DNA from: a virus
Reading direction: 5' to 3' (one strand)
DNA length: 64,000 nt
Virus record (IMG/VR): IMGVR_UViG_3300025093_000012
Span: 32,001-96,000 of that record
In this document: one piece after another, positions 48,801-57,533 of the stretch
Layout: every line of letters starts with the position of its first letter
How positions within the stretch are numbered: the stretch's first letter is position 1
Position numbers and translations under genes: made by a program
The notes under the pieces: generated by a model
The model's input: only the letters and a program-made list of their open reading frames with translations
Database searches by the model: none
Told to the model about the DNA's origin: nothing

Positions 48801-51800
48801 CATTAGAACATTTAGTTATATTAAATACAAAACCATTACATGGATCAAATTCTATACAATCTGGATCTAATGCTTGATAATCCTTTTTACAGAAATATAC
48901 CAAATCATAGTTAGGATCATATACTGATTGACATCCTACACCTGCTACAGGATTGTCTATCCATCCTGGACAGTCCTCCATCTCAGGAAACTGAGATAAT
49001 AAAACAGATGGTAAATATTTATTAAACCACTGTTTCATTCCTGCATTAGCAATGTTTTCTAAACCTCTACCACTATATGTAAATATCTTACCTTGTGCTT
49101 GTGATATATAATATAATCCTGAAGGTGTATTAATCACACTTCTTGCACTTTCACATGATCCATACTCATGTGCTTCATCTGCATTTACAACATTCTGCAT
49201 TGGTTGACTAAATAGTCCTCCGTCACCAATAGTAAGTTTAGTTCCTAAATCTGTTTGCAGTTGATCCACGCCTTGGAACAATGCTGGTGCTAAGTTAGGA
49301 AATGTAACAAGTGCACCACTCTTAGAAATAGGTTTAATTACATTTACTCTATTCTTAAAGTCTTTGTAATTAAATGGTAAGAACACTCTCCAAAAATCTT
49401 TTTTAGCTTCTTTCTGAGCCTGAAGAGAGTATATTAATCTTTTAGGGAAATGTGTAAAGCACTTCTCTGCAGTAATAGGATCATAATCTCTATCCTGAAT
49501 CTGTCCAAAAGATATAAGTTGAGTATTAAATCTACTCTTACTTAATGAAAAGTCATACTTATAGAAGTTATCCTTTCTAATTATTTTAGAATGGAACATT
49601 GCTTCTACATCTGTATACTCAGAAAAGTCATAGTGTCTTTTCTCATCAGTATCTTCATAGTCTCTTAGACCTATGTTTAGTGTAGACTCAACAAAGAAAT
49701 CCTGTATACCATTACAATGAGTATACATATATCCATTCTTAATATGAAATATAGATCTACCACCTCTATCTTGTGTTATACCATCATTAGCATTATTAGG
49801 ATTACCTATAGCATTCGGTCCTGCAGCAGTTGATCCACCACCAATACCACTACCATCACCCGCATTATCACCAGCACCAGCAACTCCATCATTAGCTAAA
49901 TCATTGTTAGGTCTATCTAAAAAGTGTAAAGAGTTAGGACTTATAGCATTTAAACCAGCATTACCTTGGTCAAGAAAACCAAGAGTAGTTATATACCTTA
50001 CTAATTCAGAAAGATCATATTTAGCTGTATTCATCCAATATATAGGACGTGGAACATTAGATCTTAATCTATAGTCATATGCAAACATATCTGGTTGTCC
50101 ATCTAAGAAGTCCCAGAAGAAAGGCATAATAACCTTTTCAGTATATCTATTTATATATGAATCCCCACCATAAATAATTTGAGTTTGAAACTCAGCTTCT
50201 GCTAAACTTGTATCTTCTAAATCATATTTGTACTCTCCTCTACTGTCTTTTTCTACATTCTCTTGTGTAAAGTAATGTATACATCCTGATGGTATTTGTT
50301 TAATTTGATCTAACTGACCGTATTGATTTCTAAATGCTACCTTAAGAGAAGTGTAGTGTGCAGCAATAGGACGTATTTGCCATTGTGAAGGATTCCACCA
50401 CCCACCAATAGTTTGATCTGCATTTATTATACCACCAATAATAAATCTAGAATTATCCTGTGCAGGTGTTGGTGTTACAAATCCTGCTGCTCCTGGAGGT
50501 GCTATTGCTGAAATAGCAACAGTGCTTGGTCTTTGTAAATTATTGATTCTAATATTAGCTGTTAAGTTTTGTATTGTTGAACCAATATATCTTCCTTTAT
50601 CAACTAACATTCTGCTTACTTGGCCTGAAGCAGGAGCATTTGTGTTTATGTAAAATCCATGACCACTATATTTCCAAGCATAATCTTGTAAGCTAACAAG
50701 CTCATATATAGCATCTATAATAACTTGACCGCCTTCTGCAGTCAATTGCATAAAGTTAAATATACCAAATAATACTTGAACTAATCCAGGAGCTTCTGTA
50801 AATCTTTCACCTTCATAAGATTCTTCATTCAGTCTACCTATATAACCTCTACGTAATGCAGTTGTTTTTGATGAATCCTGAGCTATTTTTGCATTATCGT
50901 ATACTACATCTTTTGCAACTTTTGGTGCACCAATAATTGTTGCACCTGTAAGTGCTGAATTTAAACCAAGGTTTGGTCCTAAAAATGGAGTGTTTTGTCC
51001 AGCTTCATTTGCATTAAGTTGAGTATCAGGATTTAATAATGCTAAACCTTGACCAGCAGAAGCAGGAGCACCAGCACGTGCACCACTTTGACTGGTATTA
51101 ATATTACCAGAAGCTGTAATACCACCTGGAATTGTACCAGATGATCCTGAAGTATTACCAAATGAACTACCACCATCTCTTGCATTTTGTTGGAAACCCA
51201 TGCTATAACCTTGCGGTCTTCCAGTTCTTTGAGTTCTTTTACCACGCATCTGACCAATAGCATATCCTATACCTACTATGATACCTACCCACATTGCTAA
51301 GTTTCTAAGAAGCTTATGTTGTGGATGATTTTCTGAAGGTCTAAATCTACCTATAGATGAACCTGTAGTTAAACCATAGGTCTTAATCTCAAATGGAGAT
51401 AAGAATGGTCTATTAAATGATGTATCAGGACCATGAAATGTAAATATATTAGCTGCAGTATTAGCAGCAGGGTATGAGTTTGTATTTTGTGGATTTTGAT
51501 AGTTAAAACTAAAACCTGGATCTCCTGCTAAATATGGATCTCCTTGAGCACTATTAAAAGGATAGTTAGCAATGTAACCTACTGTTGCAGTATTATCCTG
51601 CTGTCCTTGAGCGTTCTGAGGAATAGTATATTGTCTCATATTCCTAGATATACCCTTAGCAATAATAGACTTATTACCTTCTCTAGACCCTACAAGTATT
51701 TCATATCCAACAATACCTGGTATAACTGGTCCTGTTGGTGTTCCATCATCTGGTGCACACACTTGACCAAAACTTGCACTATATCTTGGTACTTTTATAT

Positions 51801-53469
51801 TTTCAAACTTTACACCAAGAACATTAATTGAGTGACCATTATTAGAAGATCTATCTAATATTCCACCAGGACCTGATCCTGAAAATGTTTCATCAGGAAA
51901 CTTATGGTGTCTAATTGGTTGATTACATAAATCATATCTTTCATCACCATCTACTGAATTATATCTTACAGGATCATTAGGGTATCTTTCTGTTGACTCC
52001 CAATAAGCCATATGACCTTCAGCAATTACAGTACCGCAGTCATCTGTAACATTTCCTTCAGTTAGTGATCCTGGATTATTCCAAAATTGATTTGGTTGAT
52101 TTAATGCAGTATTATATACTTCAAAAGCTCTATCTATAACTGTATTATCACATAGACCATTAAGTGAAGCTTGTGCACCTAAATTATTTATATCACCAGC
52201 AAGTTCATCTAATTCATATATTGTAGAACCATTTGGTGCTGTCCAGTTAGTAGGTGGTCTACCAGGTATATGATATGATCTAGACTTCTCACCTGTTTCA
52301 TAAACAAACCTAATAAAGAAAGCATATACCTCATCCCTCATGAATGTAGGCTTATTACCTCCTTTCTTGTAGTAATCTGAATCAAATTGAGTTACTGTCC
52401 AGTGAGTATGTATTTGATTAGCTATTGGCTGATAGTTAAAGTCATATCTTTCAGTTGGCCCTTGTCTAATTAAATAATCATTAACTACATACATTTTCTC
52501 AGACTTCTCAAAGGCTGGTGTAGTTAATGGTAATGTATTTAATGGAACAGTTTTTAATGCTTGATTTATGTAATCAATACTAATAGTACTTTGTTCTGTA
52601 CTATATATACCCATTTCTTTAGCTTGTATCTCACCTTGATTATGACTTAGGATAACAAGCTTAAAGTATTCAAATCCTTTATCTAGATTTGTTATTTCTA
52701 TTTCTAATCCTGATTTTAAATCTTCATGATCAAATAAAGGCTGTATATTTGATATACCATAAAAATCTCCTACTACTTGATCATTAATAGTGTATGCAAT
52801 AAATGCTTGGTATGATCCATTTCTTAATTGTCCTCCATCAGTAGATTTACTAAGTTTGATGCAAGGTATATCTACTAATGGTGCTAATCTTAATTTCTCA
52901 CAATCAAGACATATTGTATCTTCTTTTATAACACAGTCCTCACCTTCTTCAGAAACTACTTCTTGAATATATGGTACATTGTCTATATTTAAAGTTCTTG
53001 ATGGATTCTTACCGTCATCCCAATACACCTGCCAACTGCAATCAAAATTTTCTTTAGCAGCCCCAGTGATTAAATGTTGAGTATCAAAATTTAAACAAGG
53101 TGTGCTATCAAGAGCTAAACAATCATAACAAGTAAAGTCATTTACAATAGTTTCATATTTACATTCACTATCATCCCACAACCCTATTTCACTAATTGTA
53201 TTATTTGTAGAATACAAAACCCACTTATCACCATAAAGATGTATTGTTCCTATAATAGTATATGGTGCACTGCTACATAACTTATTCCCAGGTTCATTAC
53301 CTAATGTACCTACATCACCATCCTTAGAATTGTTAATAGCATTGATAGCATGGGTCCAGTTTTCTTTACCCACTAAAGAAGTATTTAAATCTTTAGTCAT
53401 CCCTTTAATAGGAATGTTAGTATCTATCCCACTTGTATTTGTTTGTTTTGGAGTCTGCTGCTTGGCCAT
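45802..53469 (-). CDS. tail stabilisation/muzzle-type protein with inserted lectin-like and VWA domains
   Basis: Beta-propeller-like N-terminus, FMRDEVYAFFI and SWTVSYDP...WISFHDW motifs typical of crAss-like muzzle proteins; VWA MIDAS DRSGS (47408-47422). Confidence 0.7.
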   Translation of the reverse strand: MAKQQTPKQTNTSGIDTNIPIKGMTKDLNTSLVGKENWTHAINAINNSKDGDVGTLGNEPGNKLCSSAPYTIIGTIHLYGDKWVLYSTNNTISEIGLWDDSECKYETIVNDFTCYDCLALDSTPCLNFDTQHLITGAAKENFDCSWQVYWDDGKNPSRTLNIDNVPYIQEVVSEEGEDCVIKEDTICLDCEKLRLAPLVDIPCIKLSKSTDGGQLRNGSYQAFIAYTINDQVVGDFYGISNIQPLFDHEDLKSGLEIEITNLDKGFEYFKLVILSHNQGEIQAKEMGIYSTEQSTISIDYINQALKTVPLNTLPLTTPAFEKSEKMYVVNDYLIRQGPTERYDFNYQPIANQIHTHWTVTQFDSDYYKKGGNKPTFMRDEVYAFFIRFVYETGEKSRSYHIPGRPPTNWTAPNGSTIYELDELAGDINNLGAQASLNGLCDNTVIDRAFEVYNTALNQPNQFWNNPGSLTEGNVTDDCGTVIAEGHMAYWESTERYPNDPVRYNSVDGDERYDLCNQPIRHHKFPDETFSGSGPGGILDRSSNNGHSINVLGVKFENIKVPRYSASFGQVCAPDDGTPTGPVIPGIVGYEILVGSREGNKSIIAKGISRNMRQYTIPQNAQGQQDNTATVGYIANYPFNSAQGDPYLAGDPGFSFNYQNPQNTNSYPAANTAANIFTFHGPDTSFNRPFLSPFEIKTYGLTTGSSIGRFRPSENHPQHKLLRNLAMWVGIIVGIGYAIGQMRGKRTQRTGRPQGYSMGFQQNARDGGSSFGNTSGSSGTIPGGITASGNINTSQSGARAGAPASAGQGLALLNPDTQLNANEAGQNTPFLGPNLGLNSALTGATIIGAPKVAKDVVYDNAKIAQDSSKTTALRRGYIGRLNEESYEGERFTEAPGLVQVLFGIFNFMQLTAEGGQVIIDAIYELVSLQDYAWKYSGHGFYINTNAPASGQVSRMLVDKGRYIGSTIQNLTANIRINNLQRPSTVAISAIAPPGAAGFVTPTPAQDNSRFIIGGIINADQTIGGWWNPSQWQIRPIAAHYTSLKVAFRNQYGQLDQIKQIPSGCIHYFTQENVEKDSRGEYKYDLEDTSLAEAEFQTQIIYGGDSYINRYTEKVIMPFFWDFLDGQPDMFAYDYRLRSNVPRPIYWMNTAKYDLSELVRYITTLGFLDQGNAGLNAISPNSLHFLDRPNNDLANDGVAGAGDNAGDGSGIGGGSTAAGPNAIGNPNNANDGITQDRGGRSIFHIKNGYMYTHCNGIQDFFVESTLNIGLRDYEDTDEKRHYDFSEYTDVEAMFHSKIIRKDNFYKYDFSLSKSRFNTQLISFGQIQDRDYDPITAEKCFTHFPKRLIYSLQAQKEAKKDFWRVFLPFNYKDFKNRVNVIKPISKSGALVTFPNLAPALFQGVDQLQTDLGTKLTIGDGGLFSQPMQNVVNADEAHEYGSCESARSVINTPSGLYYISQAQGKIFTYSGRGLENIANAGMKQWFNKYLPSVLLSQFPEMEDCPGWIDNPVAGVGCQSVYDPNYDLVYFCKKDYQALDPDCIEFDPCNGFVFNITKCSNADPIACCPDGYETNVNPVTGEVLCKGEYELEPILTSTTTYEYGAAIGVGTSAGLASYGNSRYGRDWPIVIDDVAIDGMPSNQADPNTWHYITDNGSNTWWRNTPANNTNGIVNALMRGSGNEPNNFAVAEFQVNVPVPKTVHILLAADNGFLFEENIGGVWSTVVQPNDNTLFGVGLAGIWSGQTGAGGNFAWLAGDAANASQYSKAWIYRYELQQGCTRFRMTGLNQQGTPGALAAAVIDVDNWLDIQSATSWASLPKLWSSDVNDFLRENGTTGFRCDEGYTEYTDGTDGGTEDCPVCRRDTTTYDCECPPDSNGFVPTVTGLCPDANDTIGTSTCIYTEVIPGEFIDNTIPISIDDEQYFKDVSWTVSYDPKAKAWISFHDWHPDLTIPSLNHFFTTKNIELDEIPSCPPGFTYDPVTNECCQQGTTEVPGNVIVDEELPVPVSDQAECLVDIVISVDRSGSTSSFFNSFQQFVDEFVAEFAPEMNSGNAQIGLNQWGTSYSNVTPDMSGNYNTNSISMSHYTGSTNWGTDAMTSSTQGTDFYEAFDNGQQQLSDVTNSTLGDRTANPLYRRIHIQLADGAAGDNPNAAGAAYYSQFQGSSFPTDLPNVVFGLPNIDAFNQGIAEINSESWGIFCHPTNTAPAAQFDIITNNNTNFQRLDLTPLEITPFSAELADNICATITCTCPEGYERISIDSPYEILTDPLDCNEQLGDRKNGICRKIECDCDIENSLPDSYVPGSLQQLGTCPDDIPNGIAEYYNEDTGIGNPAFVNPDPTMCQFDYLCCIPSINERGGIWKHNDRCDLYTNYYTEDYPWEVELIESVGQTVNTVRSIEYQLESYIYRGNLDNDCGDRFHDLDYNFDEAILHNTEQVSGLLALNLSPKNNAPLITQYPQITPNDIQILYSKEEQKYRFNQFWDVTNNRGEFDPNVSEPIFITQLNGYIRDLNLANIDLNKPFFQRKKFRHYWNAVVLRKRVSGNRKMILKLNNSKINVSFR

Positions 53470-53482
53470 TGCTATTTATTTT

Positions 53483-54415
53483 TTATCCTAGTGTAGGATG
53501 ACTCTTAAACATATTGTAATAATTATGGTACTGTGCTTTTCTATTAACCTCCCAGATCTTTCTCATTTCTTCAAAGTCAGGAGTATTAATAAATCCTAAT
53601 GCATTATTTCTTGATGCTCTTAACTTCTGCTGTATCAAACCTAACTGTTGTCCAACATTTTCACCAGCAAAAACCATATTCTCCAAGATTCTTTCTTTCA
53701 ATGCATATTCATAATACTCATTACAATAAGGATGATCTAATACTAATAAATTACCATCACCATCTTCCATAGCACCTTGGTAGCTTATATATACATTACC
53801 TGTTTCAAAATTTGTAAGAATATAGTTATCCTTAATTTCTGCAACGTATCTTGATTGAATATTAACATTTGGACAATCACACTGCACTTTATTAGTTGTA
53901 CTAAATCTTAAAGGGTGATAGTCTGAATAATGTCTATATTGACCAGCACCCACAAACTGAACAACAATATGTTCATTATATGTTGTAACATCTTTTGATC
54001 TACCTCTACCTGATGAAACAGTTGTAGTTTTAGGGCATGTTTGTACTACACAAACATCTTTACAATCCGTTGGTGTTACACATTGTGCAGGATCTCCTGG
54101 ATCTGGAACATACTTAGTATATGTTGTATCAACAGTAGTACCTGCAGGCATTGTATTATTTACTGAATATGAATTACAACAAAAAGCATAATTTAAATAT
54201 GCAAAATCAGTAGGTAATTTTGCCTTACCATGTTCAATATTTACTACAGTTTCTTTTGTTCTATGTATACGTAAACCTAAATCATAATTAACCCTAGTTG
54301 CAACCTTAATAAGTTGCTGTGGTTCAATCATGCCCTCTAACGCATAAGTTGAAAAATCAATAGAAACATCTTCTAGTAACTGATCAAAGGTTCTATATTT
54401 ATGTGATACAGCCAT
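53483..54415 (-). CDS. tail ring/tubular protein with Cys-rich insert
   Basis: 310 aa; KAKLPTDF, YILTNFETGNVYISY pattern; sits immediately upstream of the muzzle gene. Confidence 0.6.
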   Translation of the reverse strand: MAVSHKYRTFDQLLEDVSIDFSTYALEGMIEPQQLIKVATRVNYDLGLRIHRTKETVVNIEHGKAKLPTDFAYLNYAFCCNSYSVNNTMPAGTTVDTTYTKYVPDPGDPAQCVTPTDCKDVCVVQTCPKTTTVSSGRGRSKDVTTYNEHIVVQFVGAGQYRHYSDYHPLRFSTTNKVQCDCPNVNIQSRYVAEIKDNYILTNFETGNVYISYQGAMEDGDGNLLVLDHPYCNEYYEYALKERILENMVFAGENVGQQLGLIQQKLRASRNNALGFINTPDFEEMRKIWEVNRKAQYHNYYNMFKSHPTLG

Positions 54416-55086
54416 TATCTATTAATATTTATTTTATTATCAGAATCTTCTGAAGGAACCTTCATTGTATTCAGTAATTGATTTAATACTTGGGTTTCAA
54501 TCTCAGCAAATAAAAACTCTGGAATAAAAATCTGTTGTTTATATCTAGGAATGCAATCATCATCAACATCACATGTAAACCCAGATATATCTCCTTCAAA
54601 TACACCTTCTAATTTTATTGCATCCCACTCCACATTTGGTAAGTATAAATATCCATTTAAAAACCAATAGTATTTATTTTTATTATATCTAAATGAAGTA
54701 GTCTTTGTCATAGATGTATATGTACCAGGACTAGTTGGCTGTACTTCAATAGATGTATCTATAGAACTTACTGTACGAATTAGTGGTCCCCAATAACCTT
54801 CCATAAATGTTGGAAGTTTATCTTTTGTTCTTTTGATTGTACAACCACTCTGTATACCACTACAATGAGCTTCTACCTTATCAACCTCTATTAATTCCAA
54901 ATAGGGAAGAGATTGCCATACACTATTAAACTTCATAAGTTTATTAGCGTGATCTTGTCTTCTCATGAAGAGCTGTGCATTTTTTAATATAAGGCTATAG
55001 ATGTATCTATCAGTCATAAATGCATCCTGCACTTCTGCTTTGATAGATTGTCTTACCCTAGAAACTACTTCTCCTATTGTTGTCAT
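54415..55086 (-). CDS. tail ring protein
   Basis: 223 aa; KRTKDKLP, YYWFLNGYLY, EGVFE; coupled by TAATG; crAss-like tail synteny. Confidence 0.55.
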   Translation of the reverse strand: MTTIGEVVSRVRQSIKAEVQDAFMTDRYIYSLILKNAQLFMRRQDHANKLMKFNSVWQSLPYLELIEVDKVEAHCSGIQSGCTIKRTKDKLPTFMEGYWGPLIRTVSSIDTSIEVQPTSPGTYTSMTKTTSFRYNKNKYYWFLNGYLYLPNVEWDAIKLEGVFEGDISGFTCDVDDDCIPRYKQQIFIPEFLFAEIETQVLNQLLNTMKVPSEDSDNKININR

Positions 55087-55088
55087 AA

Positions 55089-55610
55089 CTATATGTTTTT
55101 CTTATACATATCAGCCACTCTCTTTCTATTTTCCATTTTAAGATATTTAGTCCACTTTTTAGGGTATTCTTTAGCTACTGCTCTTTTAAACTGTCTAACA
55201 GCTTTAAACTGCCATAGCTCTCTATTTTTAAAACGGTATTTAGTAGAGTAGTTAGTATAAAATATCTTTGCTACATTACCATCAGTCTCCCAGTTTTTAT
55301 TCTGCAAAACCTTACCATATTGTTTAGATAGTGCATAATCTGTATTCACACTCTTTGCAGCAGGGCAAGTACCTATAAAGATATACCCCAGTGAATCAGG
55401 TAGTTCTACACCATCTCTATTTTCTATTACTTCCCTCCATATTCTTTCATTAAACAGCATAATTATATTTTTTAATTTTGCATTGTCTATTTCAGAATAC
55501 ATTGGGTTTCTTTCTTTAAATTCATTTATTAACTCCGCATTAAGAAGGCCTAAGACTTTCTCTCTATATCTTGGGGCATTTAAATTGGGTTTTTTAAAAT
55601 TGTTTATCAT
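55089..55610 (-). CDS. IHF/HU-like DNA-binding protein; start probably 55610 rather than 55625
   Basis: Helix-helix region followed by GVELPDSLGYIFIG and basic beta arms; promoter motif at 55627-55640 abuts the upstream ATG. Confidence 0.5.
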   Translation of the reverse strand: MINNFKKPNLNAPRYREKVLGLLNAELINEFKERNPMYSEIDNAKLKNIIMLFNERIWREVIENRDGVELPDSLGYIFIGTCPAAKSVNTDYALSKQYGKVLQNKNWETDGNVAKIFYTNYSTKYRFKNRELWQFKAVRQFKRAVAKEYPKKWTKYLKMENRKRVADMYKKNI

Positions 55611-55626
55611 AGTAATAGCATACATT

Positions 55627-55640
55627 ATAATTTACAAAAA
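55627..55640 (-). promoter_or_regulatory. promoter motif variant TTTTTGTAAATTAT
   Basis: One mismatch to the 14-mer; intergenic. Confidence 0.55.
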
Positions 55641-55659
55641 AAAGGTCACTTATTCAAGT

Positions 55660-56841
55660 TTATTCAGGTGAATGTGTAAGTTCACATATCTCACCTTTGT
55701 TTGGAGAATGTAATGATAACACACCTGATCTTCTGGCTCCTACAAACTTATTGTGGTAATGATAGTAATCTGTCTTTGATAAACTTGGTAATATCTTTAA
55801 CGTAAAACCAGTATTCTCATGCTGTGTTATATACTCTATTTTTTTCTTATGGTGGTAGTGTCCAGTATATAGTGTTCTAAATAAAGTCTTACCCCATTCT
55901 CTTGGATATTCCATAGAGTATAGCATTAAAGAGTTTTTAGTATTTACATCTCCATGCTCAAACGCAAAGAAGTTATCTCCATATACAAACACCTTTCTTT
56001 CTAAATAAACTACGTCCCAAATAATTTTTGGATCATCAAAGCATTTAGATAACCCATGTGCTAAGTGAAATGAAGAAAGTCTATCATGATTACCAGGAAT
56101 ATATACAACCTGTAATTCATCACAAAATTGCTTGATATAGTTAATACTCCATTGTATAGCATTAAAGGCTTGTACGTAAGCCTGTGTAGCTGTCATACAA
56201 TTATCTAACGGTGTTCCACTTGTAGTAGTTCCAGACCAAGTATCCATATTTATTAGATCACCACCTATTACATAATAGATCTTTTCTAAATGATGTGAGC
56301 TTGAAGCTCTATTTACAAGATCAATTACAGTTTCTTCAAAATCTTTGTCAATAGTTTCATTACCCTCTTTACCAAAATGAATGTCCTGTAAAGACAAAAC
56401 TCCAGCTGTTTTTATTTTACCTGGAGTTTGTAATCTTTTTGTTGGTTTAAATTTTGAAGGCTTAAAGTCTTTTAAAAGCTCTGCTACATTATCTATATCA
56501 TTACCCTTTATCTTAGTAACCATTGCAGAAACCCTCCAATGGTCACCCATCTGCTTATTCCAATAACTAGATAACTTCCACTGTGTAGTATCTATATTTA
56601 ATATTTCTATAATTTCTTCAGGAGATTTAGGTTCTGTTGAACTTACAGCTTCCATTTTAGCTTCTCCTTTTTCTAAGTCAAACTCATATGATGAAGATCC
56701 TGTTTCACATGCTTCTTGTGACTTGACATAATTTTTTAATTTCTCATAATCCTCAACTGTAATGTTTAATTTATCAGCACAATATTCAGGTGATTTTTTC
56801 CACTTAAATGATGCTTTAATTTTGTTTAAAAATGATTCCAT
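55660..56841 (-). CDS. calcineurin-like metallophosphoesterase with N-terminal HTH-like region
   Basis: All five motifs present: DIH, GD, GNHD, HGD, GHYH. Confidence 0.85.
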   Translation of the reverse strand: MESFLNKIKASFKWKKSPEYCADKLNITVEDYEKLKNYVKSQEACETGSSSYEFDLEKGEAKMEAVSSTEPKSPEEIIEILNIDTTQWKLSSYWNKQMGDHWRVSAMVTKIKGNDIDNVAELLKDFKPSKFKPTKRLQTPGKIKTAGVLSLQDIHFGKEGNETIDKDFEETVIDLVNRASSSHHLEKIYYVIGGDLINMDTWSGTTTSGTPLDNCMTATQAYVQAFNAIQWSINYIKQFCDELQVVYIPGNHDRLSSFHLAHGLSKCFDDPKIIWDVVYLERKVFVYGDNFFAFEHGDVNTKNSLMLYSMEYPREWGKTLFRTLYTGHYHHKKKIEYITQHENTGFTLKILPSLSKTDYYHYHNKFVGARRSGVLSLHSPNKGEICELTHSPE

Positions 56842-56871
56842 GTGATCTATTAATTATTAATTAAATTGGTT

Positions 56872-56885
56872 GCAAGATACAAAAA
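56872..56885 (-). promoter_or_regulatory. promoter-like TTTTTGTATCTTGC
   Basis: Shares TTTTTGTAT with the recurring motif; lies just downstream of a terminator. Confidence 0.45.
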
Positions 56886-56894
56886 AATGCTGTA

Positions 56895-56929
56895 TAAAGA
56901 CGGAAACCCCAGATTTCTCTAGGGCTTCC
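56895..56929 (-). terminator. intrinsic terminator
   Basis: GGAAGCCCTAGA-GAAA-TCTGGGGTTTCC, a 12-bp stem (2 G:U) with a GNRA loop, then GTCTTTAT; full pairing only on the minus strand. Confidence 0.7.
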
Positions 56930-56972
56930 AAACAATTGCAGAGTTAAAACCAACAAACTATCTCTACTTTTG

Positions 56973-57515
56973 TTATGCTTTTGTTGTTATATAAACTTCC
57001 ACTGAATCACAATCAACACCACTTACAGCAGCTTGAACTTTAAATTTATATGCTGTATTTGGTGTTAAAGATCCAACAGTATATGTTGTTGTAAAAGGAG
57101 TCACTGCTTCAACTAATGAATAAGCTCCAGCTGCTTCTGCTTTATATACTTTTATACCACTAGTTCCTGTAGGAATGCCTGTCCAAAATAATTCAACTGA
57201 CGTAGATGTAACAGTACCTGAAAATAAATGTGATATTGCTCCTTCAACACATGCAGGGGTAGCAATAAATAATGCCATTCTTTGTAGAATTAAATCTAAC
57301 CTATCCCCTTTATTTACACAAAATGTATTACCACTACCATTAGATATACAAAATGTATCTTGACACCATTGTACACATTCTGCACATTGAATATCTTCAC
57401 ACACCTCTGTACTTGCATCTCTTTTACAATCTGTATAACTACAAGGAGTAGTTAACCCATGATCTTCACAAGCACAGGGTGATGATTTAGTATATCCACA
57501 TTTATTACAAGCCAT
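56973..57515 (-). CDS. Cys-rich protein with C-terminal fibronectin type III domain
   Basis: VTSTSVELFW...YTVGSLTPNTAYKFKVQA FN3 signature; Cys-rich N-terminus. Confidence 0.75.
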   Translation of the reverse strand: MACNKCGYTKSSPCACEDHGLTTPCSYTDCKRDASTEVCEDIQCAECVQWCQDTFCISNGSGNTFCVNKGDRLDLILQRMALFIATPACVEGAISHLFSGTVTSTSVELFWTGIPTGTSGIKVYKAEAAGAYSLVEAVTPFTTTYTVGSLTPNTAYKFKVQAAVSGVDCDSVEVYITTKA

Positions 57516-57533
57516 AATTTTTATTTTTAATCA

